From Thecamonas trahens ATCC 50062 (lineage: Eukaryota > Protista > Apusomonadida), in NCBI RefSeq assembly GCF_000142905.1, contig NW_013657668.1, positions 482,644 through 546,491 on the forward strand: 63,848 nt of DNA. The letters run 5' to 3'. Of this stretch, positions 56,860 to 63,848 are shown in pieces. The notes under the pieces were generated by a model that saw only the letters and a program-made list of their open reading frames with translations, was not told the DNA's origin and searched no databases. Every line of letters starts with the position of its first letter. Within the stretch, counting starts at the first letter, position 1. The position numbers and the translations under genes are program-made.

Positions 56860-57031
56860 CCTAGCCCTGCCTAGTCTAGCCCTGGACCTGGACCTGCGCC
56901 ACTCTTAAATCCCGAGCTCGGCCAGCCGCCTGCCGCCCGTCGCCCGTCGACCGCCGCCCGTCGACCGCCGCCCGACGCCCGCCGCCAACCACACAGCCAC
57001 AGCCACTCAGCTCCCCCCCCCCCCCCCCCCC

Positions 57032-57498
57032 NNNNNNNNNNNNNNNNNNNNNNNNNNNNNNNNNNNNNNNNNNNNNNNNNNNNNNNNNNNNNNNNNNNNN
57101 NNNNNNNNNNNNNNNNNNNNNNNNNNNNNNNNNNNNNNNNNNNNNNNNNNNNNNNNNNNNNNNNNNNNNNNNNNNNNNNNNNNNNNNNNNNNNNNNNNNN
57201 NNNNNNNNNNNNNNNNNNNNNNNNNNNNNNNNNNNNNNNNNNNNNNNNNNNNNNNNNNNNNNNNNNNNNNNNNNNNNNNNNNNNNNNNNNNNNNNNNNNN
57301 NNNNNNNNNNNNNNNNNNNNNNNNNNNNNNNNNNNNNNNNNNNNNNNNNNNNNNNNNNNNNNNNNNNNNNNNNNNNNNNNNNNNNNNNNNNNNNNNNNNN
57401 NNNNNNNNNNNNNNNNNNNNNNNNNNNNNNNNNNNNNNNNNNNNNNNNNNNNNNNNNNNNNNNNNNNNNNNNNNNNNNNNNNNNNNNNNNNNNNNNNN
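57032..57498. other. Assembly gap (467 N)
   Basis: Run of N immediately following a poly-C tract. Confidence 0.99.
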
Positions 57499-57504
57499 CT
57501 CGCT

Positions 57505-58785
57505 ATGCTTCGGGGTGTTCTCATTGTATGCGCGTCGTCGGGCAAGCTGCTATTCTCGCATGCAGCGACAGCAGGCTTTGGCCTCCCGCCTGCACTGGCA
57601 CCGCCAGGCCAAGGCGGCGAGCACTCGTTGGCCGGACTCATCTTTGCCTTTTTCCTCAACTCTTGCAACTCTCTTGCTGCCGCCTCCTCGCGCGATTGCC
57701 CGCCGCATTTGGTCATGACGCTACCGGCATCTGCGACAAAGATGGTTCTTGCTACTCTGTCTCATCAAGATCTTCCTTCGCCGCTTCTTGTTGCTCTGCT
57801 CCTTGACTCTGCCCTTGTTTCGTCTGGCACTGACGCCGATGGCAGCGGCTTCCTTGTCTCGTCTCTGGCGTCGTCGCTTGTCGATGCCTTTGCCCGCAAA
57901 GTTGCGCGGAGGCTCACTCGTGGTCACTCACTTGTTGCCTGTGCCACCGCGAGCACCGCTTGGCTCCGTGCCTGGATCGCCACAGACCTTCCCGTCGTTG
58001 TCGGTAAGCTTCTCGTCGTCGCCGCGCGCACTCCGTGGATGTGGATATATCTTGCCCGCGCCACAGATGATGCCGAGCACAGCGCGAGTGATTCGGTCTA
58101 CCATGCTATGGTTCCGAGCGAAGCGCCGCCCATGCTTGCGCCGTACACCGTTTTTGCCGCGCCCGACGAGTCGCCGTCGATAGGCACTCAGATGCGCGCC
58201 GCGCTTGCCGCCTGCTGCGGCTGCTGCTGCCGGTCGACCAAGGCCGGACGAGTGGTCGACGCAAGTGATGATGACTGTAACCCCAAAGGCCAGGAGGGTT
58301 GTGATGTCGACGCGGATGCCTCCTCCCACCCTCGCCGCGTCTTTGCTCTGCCGGTCTCGTCGGTCCTCGTCGCCGAGCGGCCCGAGGCGGGGACCCGATA
58401 CGCGCTCGCCGGCTCGAGCTTGGCTAAGCTCGCACCCGAGCTGCTCACCAAGCTTAGTCCGGATCCAGACCTGCTCGGTAGATACCAGCGTCAGCGGGTG
58501 AGCGTGAATGTGAGTCTCAGCCCCAGCGTGGGCGACATTGACAACAGCGGCGAGGGTGGTACGAGTTCGTCCGGCTTTGAGCTTGACGTCGACGTCGCTT
58601 GTCTCTCGTCGCGCATTCTTGTCGGCATTCCTACGCGGGATGCGGCGTCTCTTGGCGAGACGCTGTTGCCCGAGGCGGCACTCCGCGTTCTCGAGGGCTA
58701 CCTCGAGCTGCTAGAAGGCTCGCGGCTCGAGCCCGACGCAGTAGCAACTGCGGTGGCGTCTGTCGTCGAGTGCGGGGCCGACTGA
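57505..58785 (+). CDS. Hypothetical protein, possible N-terminal longin-like domain, Cys cluster
   Basis: 426-aa ORF. The N-terminus LRGVLIVCASSGKLLFS...SLAGLIFAFF resembles the longin beta-hairpin/helix. ACCGCCCR is a possible palmitoylation cluster. The start lies next to the gap. Confidence 0.6.
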   Translation: MLRGVLIVCASSGKLLFSHAATAGFGLPPALAPPGQGGEHSLAGLIFAFFLNSCNSLAAASSRDCPPHLVMTLPASATKMVLATLSHQDLPSPLLVALLLDSALVSSGTDADGSGFLVSSLASSLVDAFARKVARRLTRGHSLVACATASTAWLRAWIATDLPVVVGKLLVVAARTPWMWIYLARATDDAEHSASDSVYHAMVPSEAPPMLAPYTVFAAPDESPSIGTQMRAALAACCGCCCRSTKAGRVVDASDDDCNPKGQEGCDVDADASSHPRRVFALPVSSVLVAERPEAGTRYALAGSSLAKLAPELLTKLSPDPDLLGRYQRQRVSVNVSLSPSVGDIDNSGEGGTSSSGFELDVDVACLSSRILVGIPTRDAASLGETLLPEAALRVLEGYLELLEGSRLEPDAVATAVASVVECGAD

Positions 58786-58795
58786 GGTGCGACGT

Positions 58796-61584
58796 TTACT
58801 GCGCTGCGCTCTGCGGAGGCGGCGGGTCGGCCGCGCGCTCCAGCGCGTCCAGGACCTCGGCCGCGCGGTCGAGAACAGGCTCGGGCATGCCGGCAAGCCG
58901 GGCAACGTGCAGGCCGTACGACTTGGATGCTGCGCCCGGCACCACCTTGTAGAGGAAGAGTAAGTTGTTGGCGAGCTCGCGGACATCCATGGCATAGTTG
59001 CTCACGTTGGGCAGCGCCTCGCCGAGCTTGGTCAGCTCGTGGTAGTGGGTGGCAAAGAGGGTGCGAGCGCGCGGCGCGAGGGCAAGGTGCTCAACAATGG
59101 CCCACGCGAGGGCGAGCCCATCGTAGGTCGCCGTCCCACGCCCGATCTCGTCCATCAGCACCAGCGACGCTGGGGTGGCCGACTTGACAATGGCTGCAGC
59201 CTCGACCATTTCGACCATAAAGGTTGACCGGTCGCCAGCGAGGTCGTCAGCAGCGCCGACCCGCGAGTAGACGGCGTCGACGACACCGATGGTCGCCGCC
59301 TCGGCCGGAACGAACGAGCCCATCTGAGCCAAAATGACGATGAGCGCGTTCTGCCGCAGGAACGTCGACTTGCCGCCCATGTTCGGCCCGGTGATGAGGT
59401 GGAGCGAGGTGGCCCCGTCAAAGGCGCAGTCGTTTGGTGTAAACGTTCCGCGACCGCTGCCGGAGAGCTCAACAAGTGGGTGCCGGCCGCCGACAATGTC
59501 GAGGATCCGCGGGTCGGGCGTCATGTCTGGCCGCACAAACCCGTGGTCTGCTGCCAGCTTGGCGAGTGCCGATGTGACGTCGAGCTCGGCCAGCGCCTCG
59601 GAGAGATCGAACAGAGCCGGCGCTGCAGCGAGCGCAGCCTGGACAAGCTCGTCGAAGAGCTTGGTTTCCAGGAGGACTGCGTCCGATGCCGCCGCTGCCA
59701 ACTCTCGCTCGAGGTCCTTGAGCTCGGCCGAGGCGTAGCGGTGCGAGGCCGCCATCGACTGAATGTGGAAGATGTCGGGCGCAAACTCGTCCATTCGTTC
59801 TTTGCGGGTGGCCGGGACCTGGATGTAGTACCCAAGCACCGAGTTGTGGCGGATTTTGAGGGCAGCGAGCCCGGTGGCGTCGCGGTACTTGGTCTCGAGC
59901 TCGGCAACAAGCGCAGCGCCGTCGTCGCGTGCAGCGCGCTTGCGGTCGAGCTCGGCTGAGAAGCCCGCCGCAACGACCGCCGCGCCCGATGAGAGCCCAC
60001 TCAGATCAGCGAGCGAGATCGGGAGCGTATCGGCCAATGCAGAACCGAGCGTGGCTGCCAGCCCGGACGTTGCAGCCACAACTGACGGTGGCACCGGTGG
60101 GCTCGGTGCGTCGAGCGCCACCAGCTCGGCAGCCTTGGCTAGCGATCGCGAGACGACGCCGAGGTCGCGCGGCGAGCCTTTGGCCATGCACAGCCGCTGC
60201 AGTGACCGCGAGAGGTCGCCGGTTCCGCGGAGGATGTGGCGAACATCCTTGACAGTGGCCGGCGCAGTGACATATGCCTCGACCGCGTCGTGCCGGGCGG
60301 CAATGTCCGGCAGCGAGGTAAGCGGGGAGGCGAGCCATGAGCCAAGCATCCGCCCGCCGGGGCCAGTCACCGTCTTATCAATGAGCGAGAGGAGAGTCGG
60401 CCCGGGCTTGCGCGCAAGAGCGTGAACCGGCACAGCCGACGCGGGCTCGCTGGCTTCAGTCACATCCGGTGGCGCCACAGCGGCCGAGGACGAGGTGAGC
60501 TCGAGCGAGGCTCGGGTCGCTGCGTCCATCGAAAGCATAGAGTCGCGGGCGCAAAGTCGCGGCGGGTGCAACAGCGGCGTTGCGCCTGGATGGGTGCCAG
60601 CCACCACGTCGAGGAGAAGATTTCCGGCAGCAGTGTGGTGTGGTGCAAACGGTGCAGCGTCGAGCGCGGCACGGGCGGCAGCGAGCGAGGCGCAGTCAGC
60701 AGCAGCGGCTGCCGGCGGCGCCGGCGGGTGGGTGTTGACGTAGTACGGCTCAAGGGCTGGACGGAGGACGTCAAGCAAGTGAGGAAGCTGTGGGTCGAGC
60801 ACAATCTCGGCCGGAGCCAGCCGCGCGAGGTCGGCCGGAAGCAGGTCCGGCGACGTCCGGTCGAGGAACCACTCGCCGGTGGAGACGTCGATCCAGGCGA
60901 GGCTGCACATGGACGGCGGAGCAGCCGGCGACGGCGGAGCAGGCGCGGAGATCGACATGAGGTAGTTTGCGATGCGCGGCGCAAGCAGAGCGTCGTCAAT
61001 GAGAGTACCGGGGGTGATGCGCTTGGTGATGGCGCGGTCAACGATCTTGGCACCACGCGACCGCGCGGCAGCCGGCTCTTCAACCTGATCGGCGACGGCG
61101 ACGAGAAAGCCCTTTTGATCAGCCGCTCAATATACAGCGAGGCAGCATGAGCAGGCACGCCAGCCATGGGAATGGGGGCGCCATTGTGGCTGCCGCGTGT
61201 GGTCAGAGCAATGTCCAGAGCAGCAGACGCACGGGCAGCATCATCAAAGAACAGCTCATAGAAATCGCCCATACGAAAGAGGAGAATGAATCCAGGTACA
61301 CTCGCCTTGAGTTCCATGTACTGATTCATCATCGGTGTCGTCGCCGTCGCTCTGCTCCTGCTCAGCCTCGCTGATCTGCCCGTCTTGCCTCCTCGCCTTG
61401 CTTTGCTTTTGCTGCTCGCTCCGCCTGCGCTGCTCGCTCCGCCTGCTCTGCTTGCTCCGCCTGCGCTGCTCGCTCCGCCTGCTCTGCTTGCTGCAACCGT
61501 TGCAAACAAGCTCCGGTAGCCGTGTACCCATGTATGTGCGTGTCCTATATACATGGCCGTGCTGCGAGGTATCAGCCGCAGCAT
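58796..61584 (-). CDS. MSH1: MutS1-type mismatch repair ATPase, probably mitochondrial (MSH1 of the fungal/bacterial type); one-base frameshift near 61114
   Basis: [25 protein letters not shown], then after the shift [12 protein letters not shown]...[53 protein letters not shown]. Arg/Ser-rich presequence-like N-terminus lacking acidic residues. About 929 aa. Confidence 0.92.
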
Positions 61585-62010
61585 GGCTCGGGCGAGGGTG
61601 AAGTGTGCCCGCCCACAGCCGACGACCGGCAGCAGCCGATGGGGGGGAGGGGGGGGGGGAGGGGGGGGGGGGGGAGGGGGGGGTCAACACAGCACGGTCT
61701 GGTATGATCTGATAGCCGCCAGAGTGTAGGAGGTAGGTGGAGCACGTGGTCAGGGTGGAGCACGGTTTATGCGACTCGGTCGATCGGAAGCAGATGGAGC
61801 GCGGAGAGGAGAAAGGGAGAGGGAGGGAGCGGGAGAGGCAGAGGTGCCCAGCTAGAGTTCGATGTCTTGAGAGCTAAGCTTGATACTCGAGTGCGTAGCT
61901 GGCCAAGCCCATAGTCCCGGGCGCGGAACAGCTGTTCCAGCCTGACGATCCAGGCCCGATGGCGACCGACCGACGTCGATTGATGCAGGGGAAGGGAGAA
62001 AGAGGGGCGA

Positions 62011-62540
62011 TTAGGCCGATGCCGGGTTGGGGGCGACAGAGGTGTCGACAAAGGCAGCCAGAGCCGCAGCTAGATCGCCGTTGTGCTCGCGAAGGAGGGT
62101 GTCGGCGTCGTTGATGGGCAGATCGAGGTGGTAGGCGAGGCGCTGGACGTCGTTCTCGTCGACCTGAACCCGTGCCAGTGCCAGCTTGCGCATGATCTCT
62201 TCACGCCGTGCGGCCTCACGCTGCTCGTTCACTTCCTGGAAAGCCTGTCCGTGCCATGATGTCACTCGTCATGCTGTGAGTCGCTTGCCCATGCCCCCGG
62301 CCTCCATGCCCGCCACGAGGTGTCGGTCAAAGTGGATCGAGCCGGAGCCTTCGACGACACGGGAGTGTCACTGGTAGGGGGTACGGAGAAGGAGGAGAAG
62401 GGAAAGTAGATACAGAGTATACGTACCTTCTCGGCACGCTCCTTGTCAAAGTTGGTGGTCTCTGCTTCCGCCATGGACGCAAAATCAACGTCGGCAGACT
62501 TTTGCTGCGCAGAGCGTGTGTCGACCTCGGCGTCTGCCAT
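62011..62540 (-). CDS. HYPK: Huntingtin-interacting protein K (HYPK)-like; two exons, 62540-62427 and 62244-62011
   Basis: A phase-0 GTACG..ACAG intron (62245-62426) joins MADAEV...ERAEK to AFQEV...LARVQVDENDVQRLAYHLDLPINDADTLLREHNGDLAAAL, a HYPK UBA-like domain. Confidence 0.82.
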
Positions 62541-62655
62541 GATTGATTGATGGATGATGATGATGAGAGCAGTGGGAGATGGTAAAGGGGGGGGGGGGGG
62601 GGGGGGGGCTGCCAGCCCATGCTGGGTGTGTATCAGATCTGGGTTACAGTTCAAG

Positions 62656-63848
62656 CTATGCCCGTGAAGCGGCGTTGATGGCGTAGTACGAGTCATCATA
62701 GCCGGCGTGCGGGTCGATGAGCGGGGCGGACTCATGGAGATAGGCGGCGCGGCGGTTTCGGCGGACAATGATGAGGGCCGTGACAGCGATGATGATGACA
62801 AGGCAGGCGGTGAGGATAATCCAGACCAGTGCACCGGCACCATGCGATGGAGGCGGTGGGGGTGGGGTGGTCGGGGACGTCGGGGCCGGCGGTGGCGGTG
62901 GCGGTGATGCCGGCGGCGGTGGCGGCGAGGGCACGGCGATGGCCTCGTAGCCGACAACACGCGTAGCCGTGACGGCAACAATATCACGGCTGCCTTGGTT
63001 GAAGATCCGGCCAGTCTGCAGCTGGACAATGCCGTTCAGCTCACCTGGAAGGACGTCAACGACCCACGAGCCGCCGCTACCGCGACGCTGGGCCCAGGCG
63101 ACGGTCGAGAGGTTGGCAGTGGCAAAGGCGATCGAGTCGATCTCGAGCGTGCCCTCGTCAATGGTGGCCATAGCCACCACTTCGTGATGACTGTCGAGAT
63201 CAGAGATGGTCTCGCGGATGGCAAACTGGAGCGGGCTGATCTGCTCCAGCCGAACAATGTTCACCGAGGTGGCGAGAATTAGGCCCGGCAGAGTCAGCTT
63301 GCCAGCTTGGGAGAACTTGCCGGCGGTGACGGCTGTGATGGTGACGCCCTCTTGGACCTGATGAGCCATGGTAGGAGGCTTGAGCTCGCCGGAGCCAGTG
63401 TTGCGGATGATCCAGACGGTGTGCAGGTTGTTGGCCGTCTCGACGCCGTGGATGACGATGTCGTCGAGCCCGTCGCCATCCATGTCGGCAAAGATCGGCG
63501 GGCTGAGTGCTTGTGCTGCCAGAGCCACAAGTGGGGCACCAAATCCGGTGCCGTTGCCGTACGTGTTCCGCATCCACGCCAGCGCCTTGAGCCCGCCGGT
63601 CTCGTGGCCGAGCAGCACCAGGTCCTGCGACGGCGCACCGGGATACGGCACCGAGATCTGGAGGGCACCGATCCAGGTCGGCTGCAGCGAGGCCGAGATG
63701 ATGACGCTACTGTCGCCAAACGAGCCTTCGTTGTTGCGGTAGTACTCGATGCCCGTGCCATCTTTCACAGCAATGATGTCCGGCCAGCCCGAGCTGGTGA
63801 GCACTCCGAGGCAGGCAGCGTTCAGGGAACCGTCAAACGAGTCACCGA
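62656..63848 (-). CDS. FG-GAP/VCBS repeat type-I membrane protein (5' end beyond the window)
   Basis: FADMDGDGLDDIV and related blades, Pro-rich stalk, TM ALVWIILTACLVIIIAVTALIIV followed by RRNRR, and a Tyr-containing tail. The frame is open to the window edge. Confidence 0.8.
   Translation of the reverse strand, partial: GDSFDGSLNAACLGVLTSSGWPDIIAVKDGTGIEYYRNNEGSFGDSSVIISASLQPTWIGALQISVPYPGAPSQDLVLLGHETGGLKALAWMRNTYGNGTGFGAPLVALAAQALSPPIFADMDGDGLDDIVIHGVETANNLHTVWIIRNTGSGELKPPTMAHQVQEGVTITAVTAGKFSQAGKLTLPGLILATSVNIVRLEQISPLQFAIRETISDLDSHHEVVAMATIDEGTLEIDSIAFATANLSTVAWAQRRGSGGSWVVDVLPGELNGIVQLQTGRIFNQGSRDIVAVTATRVVGYEAIAVPSPPPPPASPPPPPPAPTSPTTPPPPPPSHGAGALVWIILTACLVIIIAVTALIIVRRNRRAAYLHESAPLIDPHAGYDDSYYAINAASRA

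Noticed and set aside
56871-57716. 281-aa ORF spanning the N run
   Set aside because: Artefact of the assembly gap.
7041-61584. Calling the frameshifted genes pseudogenes
   Set aside because: Motifs are intact on both sides of each shift, there are no in-frame nonsense codons, and several are core genes.
385-63761. Numerous long antisense or alternate-frame ORFs
   Set aside because: Expected shadow ORFs in high-GC coding DNA. They have no recognisable motifs apart from the frameshift-bridging segments already used.
62656-63848. Integrin alpha subunit
   Set aside because: The FG-GAP-like blades lead straight into a Pro stalk and TM, with no thigh/calf domains or GFFKR motif.
1-63848. Transposons, viral insertions, tRNA or rRNA genes
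   Set aside because: I saw no transposase, reverse transcriptase, integrase, capsid, terminal repeats or structural RNA signatures.

Overview
Gene-dense, GC-rich, intron-poor eukaryotic DNA from a flagellated unicellular organism. Composition and gene families suggest an apusomonad such as Thecamonas, which is an inference. About 25 protein-coding genes are supported: AGC kinase, Nup160, tectonic, TKL kinase, TMEM14-like, axonemal dynein intermediate chain, aldose 1-epimerase, PPPDE peptidase, class-3 lipase, two LRR proteins (one LRRC9-like), a heliorhodopsin, two giant modular multi-TM surface proteins, HSF, a selenocysteine glutathione peroxidase with a candidate SECIS, ABCC transporter, SH3 and coiled-coil proteins, guanine deaminase, mitochondrial-type MutS1, HYPK and a partial FG-GAP membrane protein. 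There are also two clean minisatellites and one assembly gap. The most notable item is the heliorhodopsin: it keeps the retinal lysine, lacks the TM3 counterion Glu, and has a new Glu in TM2 at a Schiff-base-cavity Ser position. Other notable items are a CUGA-type SECIS, convergent stop codons only 6-11 bp apart, a recurring GTAAA 3'-end motif, sense-strand poly-C tracts before genes, and about 11 frameshifts that are all one-base deficits (most likely homopolymer sequencing errors). All family assignments and alignments are by eye and from memory; no searches were run.
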